The notes: a model not told the origin generated them from the sequence alone. Counted from the stretch's first letter, positions 40,237 to 50,462 are shown. The stretch is 64,000 nucleotides of DNA from an uncultured Verrucomicrobiae bacterium (GCA_963707025.1 CAVPOM010000004.1:843735-907734), one strand, 5' to 3'. Numbers and translations are program-made.

Positions 40237-42387
40237 TCACCGGGTGGCGTCCGCGGGAACCTTTAATTCGTTCCAAAGAAACGTGTAAGCCAGGGTTTCC
40301 ATGAAAGCGGTCTCCCGGCTGTTGGCGGCGGCGCCGTGGCCGCCTTCGGTGTTTTCGTAGAACAAAACCCGGTGTCCCATTTCTTCAAGACGCGCGGCCA
40401 TTTTTCGCGCGTGGCCGGGATGCACCCGGTCATCGCGCGTCGAGGTCGTAATCAAGATCGGCGGGTATTTCCGGTCCGACCGGGCGTTTTGATAGGGCGA
40501 GTATTTTTGGATGTACTGCCAGTCCTTCGCCTGGTCAGGATCGCCGTATTCGCCCATCCAGCTTGCGCCAGCCAGGAGTTTGTTGTAGCGGCGCATGTCC
40601 AGCAGCGGCGAACCGCAATGGACCGCCCCAAAAAGATCGGGGCGCTCGGTCAGCATCACTCCCATGAGCAGGCCGCCGTTGGAGCGGCCCTCGATTCCCA
40701 GATGCTTCGGCGAAGTCACCCCGCGCGCGATCAGGTCCTCCGCCACCGCGATGAAATCGTCGTAGGCGCGCTGGCGGTTTTCCTTCATGGCGGCCTGGTG
40801 CCAGGCCGGGCCAAACTCGCCGCCGCCGCGGATGTTGGCCAGCACATAGACGCCGCCGCGCTCCAGCCATGCCGCGCCCACCAGCGGTCTGTAGGAAGGG
40901 AGCATGGCAATTTCGAACCCGCCGTAGCCCGTGAGCAGCGTGACGTTTTTACCGTCAAAATGAAGTCCCTTCCGGCTGACCTCGAAATAAGGAATGCGGG
41001 TGCCGTCGGCGGATTTGGCTTCGTGCTGCGCCACTTCCAGCCCGGCGGTGTTGAAATAGTCCGGCAGGCTTTTGATTTTTTCACTCCCGTTCCGTCCGGC
41101 GGTGGCCAGGAACAGACTGGAAGGCGTCAGAAAACCCGCCTCGTTCAGGAAACAGGCATCCGATTCATCCGGGTCAATCCCTTGCACGCTGGCTGCGCCC
41201 AAAGGAGGCACTTCCAGCGGCGTTTGTTGCCATTGACCCCCGGAGAAATGCCAGAGAAACGCGCGGCTGCGGACGTTGTCCAATTCGTTGAGAACGAGAT
41301 AATTCCGGGTGTCGCTGATGGATTCCAGGGAAGTCCGTTCTCCCGGCGCATACAAGACCGCAAAATGACGGTCGCCTCCCAAATAGGCGCCGAGGTTGTC
41401 CAGCAGGAGCGAGCCGCCGGCGTAGGATTGGCCGCCGGCCGTCCAATTGGAGCGCAGTTGCAGCAAAATATATTCGCCAAAGGTGTGGAGGCGCGCGTCC
41501 TCCGGCTTGTCTATCCGCGTCCAGCCATTGCTCCGGCGGAGCCAGGTTTCCTCCGTGTAAAAAGTCAGGGCGCGATGGATCAATTCATAGACCTGCCCAT
41601 GATCACGCTCCACATGCGCGCTGACCCCCACATCCTCCGATTTCCCCGCAAATACTTCGGTCGCCTGGCTCAACGGCGTGCCCCGTTTCCATTCCTTGAT
41701 TATCCGTGGATAGCCCAACGTTGTCAGAGACCCGGGACCATAATCGGACGCCACATACAAGGCGTCCCGGTTGCGCCAGGCAACATCGCTCTTCGCCTCC
41801 GGCAGGTTGAATCCGCCGGGGACGAATTTCTTGCCCGCGAGGTCAAACTCGCGGATGACGGCAGCGTCCGCCCCTCCACGGGACAAGTTTACCAGGCACT
41901 CGTCAAAACCGGGCTTCAGGACTTCATAGCCTTCCCAGACCCAGTTTTCCTTTTCCTCGCCGGCCAGCTTGTCAAGATCAATCACCGTTTCCCATGCGGG
42001 ATTGGTCTTCTTATATTCCTCAAGAGTGGTGCGGCGGAAAAGGCCGCGCGGATTCCGGTCGTCGCGCCAGAAATTATAATAAAACTTCCCCTCCTTTTCG
42101 ACGGAGGGGATTCGCTCCTTGGAATCCAGGATGAGGAGCAGCCGCTGGCGTGTGGCCTCAAAATCGGGGGACGCCGCCAGTTGATTGGTGCTGAGGGCGT
42201 TTTGCCGCCCCACCCAATCCAGCGCCCTCGGTCCCGTGATCTCCTCCAGCCACAGATACGGATCAACCGTATTGGCGGCCGCATTGGTCTCATTCGCGGC
42301 ACGCGCGCCCGGCAGCGCGGCCAGAACAACCAGGGCCATCGGCAGCGCGGTCACCCGGCGAAACTGGTTTCGTAACCGTGAGGTCAT
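40237..42387 (-). CDS. Prolyl oligopeptidase (S9A), secreted
   Basis: Signal peptide, DPYLWLE, GYGGF, NIRGGGEFG, catalytic Ser in GRSNGG, DDRV and GGH. Confidence 0.95.
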   Translation of the reverse strand: MTSRLRNQFRRVTALPMALVVLAALPGARAANETNAAANTVDPYLWLEEITGPRALDWVGRQNALSTNQLAASPDFEATRQRLLLILDSKERIPSVEKEGKFYYNFWRDDRNPRGLFRRTTLEEYKKTNPAWETVIDLDKLAGEEKENWVWEGYEVLKPGFDECLVNLSRGGADAAVIREFDLAGKKFVPGGFNLPEAKSDVAWRNRDALYVASDYGPGSLTTLGYPRIIKEWKRGTPLSQATEVFAGKSEDVGVSAHVERDHGQVYELIHRALTFYTEETWLRRSNGWTRIDKPEDARLHTFGEYILLQLRSNWTAGGQSYAGGSLLLDNLGAYLGGDRHFAVLYAPGERTSLESISDTRNYLVLNELDNVRSRAFLWHFSGGQWQQTPLEVPPLGAASVQGIDPDESDACFLNEAGFLTPSSLFLATAGRNGSEKIKSLPDYFNTAGLEVAQHEAKSADGTRIPYFEVSRKGLHFDGKNVTLLTGYGGFEIAMLPSYRPLVGAAWLERGGVYVLANIRGGGEFGPAWHQAAMKENRQRAYDDFIAVAEDLIARGVTSPKHLGIEGRSNGGLLMGVMLTERPDLFGAVHCGSPLLDMRRYNKLLAGASWMGEYGDPDQAKDWQYIQKYSPYQNARSDRKYPPILITTSTRDDRVHPGHARKMAARLEEMGHRVLFYENTEGGHGAAANSRETAFMETLAYTFLWNELKVPADATR

Positions 42388-42412
42388 CTTGCCGGGGCTT
42401 TTGGAGCGGCGG

Positions 42413-43879
42413 TCAGGCCCCGGCGCGGGAGGCGGCCAGATCCACTTTGCGCTGATTGAGGCTTTTGAAAAATTCGTAGCCTTCGCGGCAGCGGCGCACG
42501 AAGACGTCCTTGTCCTCCAGCATCGTCTTGATGATGCGCAGGATCGGTTTGGGGCGCAGATAATAGGCGCGATAAAAACGGTCCACCGCCTCGAAGATCT
42601 CGTCCTTGCTCAGGCCGGGATATTCGAGGGTGCTTTGCTGGAAGCCGTCGCTCTTCCACGAGGTCGGTCTTGTCCTGTCTTGACGAACCAGCCGTTTTGC
42701 CGGGCCATTTCGTAAAGCTCGGTGCCGGGATACGGCGCGGCGAGCGAAACCTGCATGCTGAAGACATCCAGCTCCTGCGCGAAGCGGATGGTTTCCTCGA
42801 TGGTCTCGCCGGGTCTCCACCGGCAGGCCGAGAATGAACGTGCCGTGAATGACCACGCCGGCCTGGTGGCAGGCCTTGGTGAACCGGCGCATCTCGTCCA
42901 GTCGTCACGCCCTTTTTGATGCGGGTGAGGATGTCGCTCGTTGCCGCTTTCGTAGCCGACCAGGAACAGGCGCAGGCCGTTGTCCTTGAAGACTTTGATG
43001 GTGTCGTAATCGAGGTTGGCGCGGCTGTTGCAGCGACCAGGTGACGCCGAGCGGGCCGAGTTTTTTGGCGATCTCGCGGGCGCGCGGCAGGTTGGCGGTG
43101 AAGGTGTCGTCGTCGAAGAAAAATTCCTGCACCTGCGGGAAAAGTTTCTTCATGTAGGCCATTTCGTCGGCGACATTCTGCGGCGAGCGGACGCGGTATT
43201 TGTGCCCGCCGATGGTCTGCGGCCAGAGGCAGAAGGTGCATTGCGCCGGGCAGCCGCGGCCGGTGTAGAGGCTGACGTAGGGATGGAGCAGGTAGCCGAT
43301 GAAATACTTCTCGATCTTGCAGGTCGCGCTTGTAGACGTCCGCCACCCACGGGCAGCGTGTCCATGTCCTGGGATCATCTCGCGCTCGGGGTTGTGCTTG
43401 ATTTTGCCGTCCTTGTCCCGGTAGGAAAGCCCGGCGATCGGTCGAGAGGTCGCGGTCTTCGGCGACTTCCTTGCAGGTGAAATCAAATTCCTTGCGGCCC
43501 ACCCAGTCAATCGCCGGGGAGGCCTTCAAGAGTTTCCGTCGGCAGCACCATCGTGTGCGCGCCGACGAAACCGATTTTGGTGTCCGGGCTTCTGCGCCTT
43601 GATGGCCTCGGCCACCTTGCAATCGTTTTTCAGCGACGGCGTGGAGGTGTTGATGATGACGTGGTCGAAGTCCTTCGCGATCCGCGAGGCATTCGCTCGA
43701 TGCCGATGTCGTGCGGCGGGCAATCGAGCAGCTTGCGAGTCGGGCGCGAGCGCGGCGGGTTGGGCCAGCCAGGTCGGATACCAGAAGCTGGTGACTTCGC
43801 GCCGCGCCTGGTAACGCGCGCCGGCGCCGCCGTCAAACCCGTCAAAGCTCGGTGGTGAAAGGAAGAGGGTTCTGCTCAT
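42413..43879 (-). pseudogene. hpnJ: Hopanoid-associated radical SAM protein HpnJ, multiply frameshifted (likely assembly error)
   Basis: SFDGFDGGAGARYQARREVTSFWYPTWLAQPAAL, GRGCPAQCTFCLWPQT, FFDDDTF and HGTFILGLP, spread over several frames. Confidence 0.85.
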
Positions 43880-43908
43880 TCAAATTCCGATTCACTATCG
43901 GACGCACT

Positions 43909-45296
43909 TCAATCTTCTTGCGTCCTTGTTGCGAGATCTTGCGCGCACCGCAATGTCGTGCCGACGTGCTGCTCGCTGGTCATCGTCGCTGGAAAACGCG
44001 CCTCGCGCCGCCGGCGGCGATTGATGGCGGCCTTGGCTTCGGCCAGATGGCCTTTGCCGATGGAAACGCCGTTGAAGCGCCTTGACCAGTTCCGGCGACT
44101 ACGTAAACGGCTTGGGCTTGGCGCCGAAGTTGTATTTGAAATTCTTCCAGTTGTCGCCGCGCTGATAATTGCGTGCCCAGCGCGCCGCTGGGATCGTAGC
44201 CGCAATGCACCATGCAATTCTCGCAGCGCGGGTCGCGCGCCACGCCGTCCACCACGCCGTATTTTTCCCAGTCCACCTTCTCCAGCATTTCCTGGTAGCC
44301 GCGCGTAATGGCCGTCGGTCATCAGATAGCAGGGCGCTTTCCAGCCCTTGATGTTGCGGGTGGGAATGGCCCAGGCGGTGCAGGTCAATTCGCGTTTGCC
44401 GGCGAGAAATTCCTGGTAAACCGGCGTGCCGAAGATGGTGAAGCGCTCGCCCCATTCCTGAATCTTCGCGAATTTCTCGCCGCGTCATGTCGCGCGTGAG
44501 GAAGAAATCCTCCGGCTGCTTGCCCAGGCGCTTGACCATGTCCTTCTTGGCGGCGTCGTATTCGTAGCCGGGCGAAATCGTGTGGCCGTCCACTTCCAGC
44601 GAACTGAGAAGAACTCGAACATGTCCTCGATTTCCTGCACGTCGGTTTCCTTATAGACCGTGGTGTTGGTCGCGACCTGGTAGCCGAGGATTTTCGCCAT
44701 TTTGATGGCCTCGACGCATTCCTTGAACACGCCTTCGCGCTCGACGATCAGGTCGTGCGTGAATTCCAGACCGTCAACATGGACGTTCCAGTACATCCAC
44801 TTGCGTCGGGCGGATGACCGGGCGGCCGTCGCGTCCGGCCCTTGCGGATGGTTTCGGCGTCCTTGTCGGAAATCAGTTTCTGCGTCGAGCAGCTGCTTCA
44901 GCATCGGCTCCAGCTCCGGCGAATAAATGCGCCGCCAGATAATCCTTCATCTTCTTCCGCATGAACATGCCGTTCGTGCAGACATAAACGATGCGGCCCT
45001 GGTCGCAGCAGGCCGGCGACCAGCTCCTCGATCTTCGGATAAATCAGCGGTTCGCCGCCGCAGATGGAAACCATCGGCGCGTCGCATTCCTGCGCCGCCG
45101 CCAGGCAATCCTCCAGCGGCATCATGTCCTTGAGGCTGGTGGAGTATTCGCGGATGCGGCCGCAGCCGGTGCAGGTCAGGTTGCAGGTGTGCAGCGGTTC
45201 GAGCTGCAGGACCATCGCAAATTTGGGCGTGCGCAGATCTTGTGCTTGATGATATGTGCCGGCGATCTTTGCCGTCAAGGCGAGTGGGAATCGCAT
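43909..45296 (-). pseudogene. hpnH: Adenosylhopane-forming radical SAM HpnH, multiply frameshifted; 3' end approximate
   Basis: LQLEPLHTCNLTCTGCGRI, APMVSICGGEPL, CTAWAIPTRN, PCYL and DPRCENCMVHCGY. Confidence 0.85.
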
Positions 45297-45301
45297 AGCG
45301 T

Positions 45302-45508
45302 TTAATAAGCTTGGGCCACGGTCTGGTTGGTTTGGGTCTGGCCCGGCGCGGGCGGTGGCGGGAGACCCGGTTTGGTTTGGGCCAATCCCGGCAGCAGGAA
45401 CATGAGCGGCGAAACCGCCGGCGCGGCGTAAAAACCGCCGCAGCCTGTCCCGATGACAAGGACGGCTGAGATCATCACCATAATTTTGACTGCTGAACCG
45501 AACTTCAT
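45302..45508 (-). CDS. Small putative lipoprotein (68 aa)
   Basis: MKFGSAVKIMVMISAVLVIGTGC signal/lipobox-like sequence, with a TTGCCC-N16-TATACT promoter just upstream. Confidence 0.6.
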   Translation of the reverse strand: MKFGSAVKIMVMISAVLVIGTGCGGFYAAPAVSPLMFLLPGLAQTKPGLPPPPAPGQTQTNQTVAQAY

Positions 45509-45700
45509 GGCGGCAGTATAATGCCTTATGGCCAATGGGCAACAATTATTTCCCGCCGCAATGAACCGTCCCACGCGTCTTCTCCCTCTCCTCCACACAC
45601 TTGTGGAGGAGAGGGGCGGTGTTCTGAGAGCGCGTCCACCGCCTTCCTGCACAAAGCGAGCCTGCGAGCGATTGCAGGCAGGGTGAGGTGCGCCACACCC

Positions 45701-45777
45701 GTTACACCGTTACAGTTGTTGATTATCAACGGTTTACGAAAACTGCCCCCGTTACACCCCGTTACATTTTGTTACAT
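45701..45777. repeat. Cluster of five GTTACA repeats around the palindrome GTTGATTATCAAC
   Basis: Read directly from the intergenic sequence. Confidence 0.6.
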
Positions 45778-45922
45778 CCAGCTTTCCCTGCCTCATCAAA
45801 TCGGTGAGATGGTTGATTATCGTATCGGCCACTTCCAGGAGTTGGTTTCGCGCCGCACCACCGCCACCGGGCGCTTTATTTCGTTAAGGGATCGCGTAAA
45901 AATAACCTCTGGACTGCAGGCC

Positions 45923-46930
45923 TAGAGCGTTTCCATAAATGATATAGCTTGACTGGGGCGAGAGGGCTGGCAGGCTTGAGCCATGCGAGCGATACCCGTG
46001 TCTGCGCGCGAGCGCATCCTGCAACTCTATGAACAAGGCAAAAGCACCCGCGAGATCGCGGACTTTTTCGGCTTTTGCGTGGCGGCGGTGCGCCGGGTCC
46101 GGCAGCAGTTCCAAGAGCGCGGCACGCTCCAGCCGCAAACCCATTTGTGCGGGCGCAAAACGCTGCTGAACGCCGGACGCCAGGCTCGCCTGCAAAAGCT
46201 GGTGGCGGCCCAGCCCGACGCGACGTTGGCCGAGTTGGGGGCGCGTCTGGACCGCCCTTTCGGGACCTCCACTGTGGATTTGTGGCTGCGCAAACTGGGG
46301 TTGAGCTATAAAAAAAACGCTCTGCGCCGCCGAGCAGAACCGTCCGGACGTGGCCGAAAAGCGGGCCCATTGGCATGAGCGTCTGGCAAGTGACCCACCT
46401 GCCCGACTGGTCTTCGTGGATGAAAGCGGGGCCAACACCAAGATGACCCGTTTTTGCGGGCGGTCACCCGTGGGCCGAAGACTGGCGGCCCACGTCCCGC
46501 AGGGACATTATCAGACCACCACCCTGGTCTGCGCCATTCGTCTGGCCGGGCCTGCGGCCCCCTGCCTCTTTGAGGGGGCCATGGACGGGGAAATGTTTTT
46601 GGCCTGGATCCAGCAGGGGCTGGTGGTGGAGTTGCGCAAGGGTGACTTGGTCATCATGGACAACTTGGCCACGCATAAGGTGACCGGAGTCCGCCAAGCC
46701 ATCGAAGAGGCCGGGGCAACGCTGCTGTATCTGCCGCCCTATTCGCCAGACTTTAATCCCATCGAAAATATGTGGAGCAAGGTCAAACAAATTATGCGAG
46801 GTCTCGCGCCGCGAACCGCCAAGGAACTGCTCCAAGCGGCGAAGATTGCCTTTGAAGCCATCTCCACCGCCGATTGCCGGGGCTTCTTTTTAAACGCCCG
46901 CTACGCTACATGATTTATGGAAATGCTCTA
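45923..46930 (+). mobile_element. IS630-family insertion sequence
   Basis: The ends match at 23/26 (TAGAGCGTTTCCATAAATGATATAGC vs TAGAGCATTTCCATAAATCATGTAGC), including the flanking TA; contains HTH and DDE ORFs. Confidence 0.95.
45983..46913 (+). CDS. IS630 transposase split into two ORFs at an A8 tract (46310-46317)
   Basis: ORF1 is an HTH ending LSYKK; ORF2 has FVDESG, MDNLATHK and PYSPDFNPIE. Confidence 0.9.
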
Positions 46931-46957
46931 AGGCAAACATTTTCAAAAGGAAGGCGG

Positions 46958-47051
46958 TGGCAGAAAAATAGGGGCAGAAAAATGAAAATGTCCCGTTTCG
47001 CTCTGAACGGGGGGCGGGGCGTATTATATTTCTGCCTGGATATTTCTGCCA
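46958..47051. repeat. Doublet inverted repeat: (GGCAGAAAAAT)x2 ... (ATATTTCTGCC)x2
   Basis: Read directly from the sequence, immediately right of IS630. Confidence 0.55.
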
Positions 47052-47362
47052 TACTCTTCAGGAACAATCGGAAATCGTTTTTGCGCGAACCCTGAGAATG
47101 TGCTCTTTGTCCACCTCTTCAAAAATTGCTCATTTTTGGCAAAATTGTTCCTTCTCCGTTTTCTCCGTTTTCCTGTCAAGTTCTTTGGTTACGGCTTGCC
47201 GCGCTGTGTGCCTTTGCGGCAAAAATCTTCTTGGAATCGCGTGCTTCCTCGCCATTGCCGTATAGCACGGTTTTCGGTGGGTTCTGCCGGGCCGCCTCCA
47301 AATCCCGCGCGAAGTCATCGGCCTCTTGTCTGGTTAGATGAAAACGGTGCTTATTCTCGCGC

Positions 47363-49648
47363 CTATTTAAACCCCAGCAGGTGGCCGCCCTGGAAAGCCA
47401 CGAAGGCCAGGACCCACGCCAGCACACCCATATAGACCCACTGAAACAAGGGCCACTTCCAGGAGTTGGTTTCGCGCCGCACCACCGCCACGGTGCTGAC
47501 GCATTGCAAGGCCAGCACATAGAAAACCATCAGGGTGATGGCCGTCAGCGAGGTGTAAACCGGCGAGCCGTCCGGCCGCTTTTGTTCCTGCAAAACCTTT
47601 TGCAGTTTGGCCTTTTGCGCCGCCTCGTTCTCGTCCTTGTGATCGGCCACGCTATAGACAATGGACATGGTGCTGACAAACACCTCCCGCGCCGCAAACG
47701 ACGATAAAATGCCGACGCCCATTTTCCAGTCAAAACCCAGCGGCGCAATCGCCGGCTCCAGCAGGCGTCCGGCATATCCGGCGAAGCTGTTCTGCAGGCC
47801 GGCGCTGTCTTCGTCCGCGTTCAACTGCTCCAAGGCGTTGGTCTGCTCGCGGGTCCAGGGTTGCAGGGCGAAGCTGTTGGTCAGCGCCGCCCGCCGGGCG
47901 TCGAAATCGCGGGTGAGCTGGGGATGTTTGGGATAAAAGGCCAGGAACCAGAGCAGGATGTTGATGCCCAGAATGACGGTTCCCGCCTTGCGCAGAAACA
48001 ACCTGGCCCGGTCCCAGGTATGGCGGAGAACGTCCTTGAGCACGGGCCGGCGATAGGGCGGCAACTCCATCACCAGCATGGGCGTTTCCCCTTTGAGGAG
48101 CGTCTTCTTGAAAAGCCAGGCCATCCCCAGCGCCACCCCGATGCCCAGCAGATACATGCTCAACATGGTCAAGCTTTGCATCCACACTCCGCCGGTGATG
48201 CACGCCCCGATGAGGAGGGTGTAAACCGGCAGCCGGGCCGAGCAACTCATCAGCGGCGCCACCAGAATCGTCACCAGCCGGTCCTTGGGCGATTCAATCG
48301 TGCGGGTGGCCATGATGCCCGGAATGGCGCAGGCGAAGGAACTGAGCATGGGGATGAAACTCTTGCCGTGCAGCCCCACCCGGCTCATCAGCCGGTCCAT
48401 CAAAAACGCCGCCCGCGCCATGTAGCCGGTGTCCTCCAGCAACCCGATAAACAGGAACAACAAACAAATCTGCGGCAGAAAAACCACGACCGCGCCCACC
48501 CCGCCCACCACGCCGGTTTCCAGCAGCGAGCGGAAAGCCCCTTGCGCCATCCAGTTGTGAACCCAGCCCTTGGTCAATCCAAACAGCCCATCCAACAGAT
48601 TCATCGGCCATTTGGCCAGGGTGAAGATGCTCAAAAACATCAGGGCCATCACCGCGATAAAAATCAGCATCCCCCAAAACTTGTGCGTGACAACGCGGTC
48701 CAGCCGGTCGCTCACCGTTTCCGAAGCAACGCGGGTCTGCGTCACCACGCTGCGTTGCAGCTCCGCCAACCGGGCGTAGCGCGCTTCGATCGCGCCGCTG
48801 CGCCAGTCCACCCCGGCCTGCTCGAGGCGTTGCCGCGCCGCCGCCGCCGCCGCCCGCACCTCGGCGGGATAAGCCGCGCCGCCGCCAGCTAGAAACTTTT
48901 CGTCCGACACGATGAGCAGCGCCTCCGCCCGGGCCGACGCGGGCCGCTGCCGCAAGGCCGGCAACTGCGCCAGCGCCTCCACTTCCCCGGCCAGGGCCGG
49001 GGGCAGGTTGCAAAAAGTCTTTGCGCTGGCGCGCTTTTCCTTTCCCCGCACCATGGCCACAATTTTCTCCCGGGTCTGCGGCACCCCGGTTCCGCTGCTC
49101 GCCACCGTCGGAATCACCGGCACGCCCAGGGCGGCGGCCAGCCTGGCCGTGTCAATGGTTTGCCCGTTCTGTTCGGCCACATCCACCATGTTCAAAGCGA
49201 TCAGAGTGGGATAGCCCAGTTCGATGACTTGGGTGGCGAAATAAAGATTCCTTTCCAAGTTGGAGGCATCCACCACCACTATGACCATGGCCGGGGCCGG
49301 CACCTCGGCCAGGCGGTGCAAGAGAATGTCGCGGCAGATTTGTTCATCCAACGATTGCGGGCTGAGACTGTAAGTGCCGGGCAAATCGAGCATCGTGACC
49401 GGCAGTTCGGCCGGCCCGCCCGCCAGCCGCCCTTCCTTTCGTTCCACCGTCACCCCGGCGTAATTGCCCACCCGCGCCCGCAACCCCGTCAAGGCGTTGA
49501 ACAAGGTGGTCTTGCCCGAATTGGGATTGCCGCATAAAACCACAAACAACGGCGGATGGCGGACGGCGGAAGGCGGATGGATGGAAGGCCGGACGTCGGT
49601 GTGGACGTTCGGATCAGTTGGCAAGACTGCGTTCTGCGGCGTTTCCAT
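47363..49648 (-). CDS. feoB: Ferrous iron transporter FeoB
   Basis: GNPNSGKTTLFN, VGNYAGVTVE, DLPGTYSL, NMVD, CSARLPVY and FAAREVFV. Confidence 0.96.
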   Translation of the reverse strand: METPQNAVLPTDPNVHTDVRPSIHPPSAVRHPPLFVVLCGNPNSGKTTLFNALTGLRARVGNYAGVTVERKEGRLAGGPAELPVTMLDLPGTYSLSPQSLDEQICRDILLHRLAEVPAPAMVIVVVDASNLERNLYFATQVIELGYPTLIALNMVDVAEQNGQTIDTARLAAALGVPVIPTVASSGTGVPQTREKIVAMVRGKEKRASAKTFCNLPPALAGEVEALAQLPALRQRPASARAEALLIVSDEKFLAGGGAAYPAEVRAAAAAARQRLEQAGVDWRSGAIEARYARLAELQRSVVTQTRVASETVSDRLDRVVTHKFWGMLIFIAVMALMFLSIFTLAKWPMNLLDGLFGLTKGWVHNWMAQGAFRSLLETGVVGGVGAVVVFLPQICLLFLFIGLLEDTGYMARAAFLMDRLMSRVGLHGKSFIPMLSSFACAIPGIMATRTIESPKDRLVTILVAPLMSCSARLPVYTLLIGACITGGVWMQSLTMLSMYLLGIGVALGMAWLFKKTLLKGETPMLVMELPPYRRPVLKDVLRHTWDRARLFLRKAGTVILGINILLWFLAFYPKHPQLTRDFDARRAALTNSFALQPWTREQTNALEQLNADEDSAGLQNSFAGYAGRLLEPAIAPLGFDWKMGVGILSSFAAREVFVSTMSIVYSVADHKDENEAAQKAKLQKVLQEQKRPDGSPVYTSLTAITLMVFYVLALQCVSTVAVVRRETNSWKWPLFQWVYMGVLAWVLAFVAFQGGHLLGFK

Positions 49649-49667
49649 CAAGTCAGATAATTCTTTA

Positions 49668-49699
49668 AATCCGCAATCCGCAATGCGCAATCCGCAATT
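49668..49699. repeat. Heptamer tandem repeat (AATCCGC)n
   Basis: aatccgcaatccgcaatgcgcaatccgcaat between feoA and feoB. Confidence 0.7.
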
Positions 49700-49717
49700 G
49701 AGTTTGCCGCAATTCGT

Positions 49718-49957
49718 TCACCCGGCCTGCACCAGAATCTGCTCGGCATCATGGCGCCGCAGGGTCAAATGATACCCACGCACCTTGATTTCCACCGGAT
49801 CGCCCAGCGGGGCGAAGCGCACCAGTTGGAGGGCCGTGCCCGCGACCAGGCCCATTTCCAAGAGGCGTCCCCGATGTTCGGGCGGCAATTTGATTTCGCT
49901 GATCGTGCCGCTTCCGCCGATGTGGAGGGAAGTCAGCGGTTGACTGGAGGCAGGCAT
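49718..49957 (-). CDS. feoA: FeoA family protein
   Basis: RLLEMGLVAG, APLGDPVEI and LTLRR. Confidence 0.92.
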   Translation of the reverse strand: MPASSQPLTSLHIGGSGTISEIKLPPEHRGRLLEMGLVAGTALQLVRFAPLGDPVEIKVRGYHLTLRRHDAEQILVQAG

Positions 49958-49958
49958 A

Positions 49959-50252
49959 TCAGGCGACTTTTTTCCGGGGGATCTGCTCGACCAGGATTCG
50001 TTCGGCCAACCGCTGGCTGATGCCCAGGCGGGCATTGCAGACCTGGCATATCAGGCTGGTTTGGCGGCTGAGGAGTTTGATCTTTTGTTCTTCGCAGAAG
50101 CCCATTTCGCGCAGGCGATGGGTCACCTCGGCCGGGGCGGAAAGCTGTTTAATGCGCACGTCCACTCCCGTCCGCACGCGGCTGAGCGGACACAAGAACG
50201 GCTGGGAACACTGCTCCTCAGCCGCGTCGTTGGGGCGATGCGATTCGTTCAT
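49959..50252 (-). CDS. feoA: FeoA family protein (second copy)
   Basis: CPLSRV, HRLREMGF and RLGIS...ILVE. Confidence 0.85.
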   Translation of the reverse strand: MNESHRPNDAAEEQCSQPFLCPLSRVRTGVDVRIKQLSAPAEVTHRLREMGFCEEQKIKLLSRQTSLICQVCNARLGISQRLAERILVEQIPRKKVA

Positions 50253-50333
50253 CCTGCCATAGTAGGCCAACCCGCCCCCGCTGGCAAGAGACGATTCCAA
50301 TCCGCAGGGTCCTGATTTGCTGTAGGGTCAAAA

Positions 50334-50430
50334 GGTAGGGCGGGCAGTCCCCTGCCCGCCGCACGACGGGACTGTCACGTTGATGACTCTGCCAATGCCG
50401 GACGGCGGGCAGAGGACTGCCCGCCCTACC
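50334..50430. repeat. GTAG-type REP doublet (REPIN)
   Basis: 28-bp inverted arms GGTAGGGCGGGCAGTCCCCTGCCCGCCG with 1 mismatch; each arm is itself a hairpin. Confidence 0.85.
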
Positions 50431-50462
50431 ACCCACGACTGGCGCGTTGCCGCCGATGTTCT

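Noticed and set aside
47270..47350. Minus-strand peptide HLTRQEADDFARDLEAAR resembling an antitoxin C-terminus
   Set aside because: No own start codon or partner gene; too short to support.
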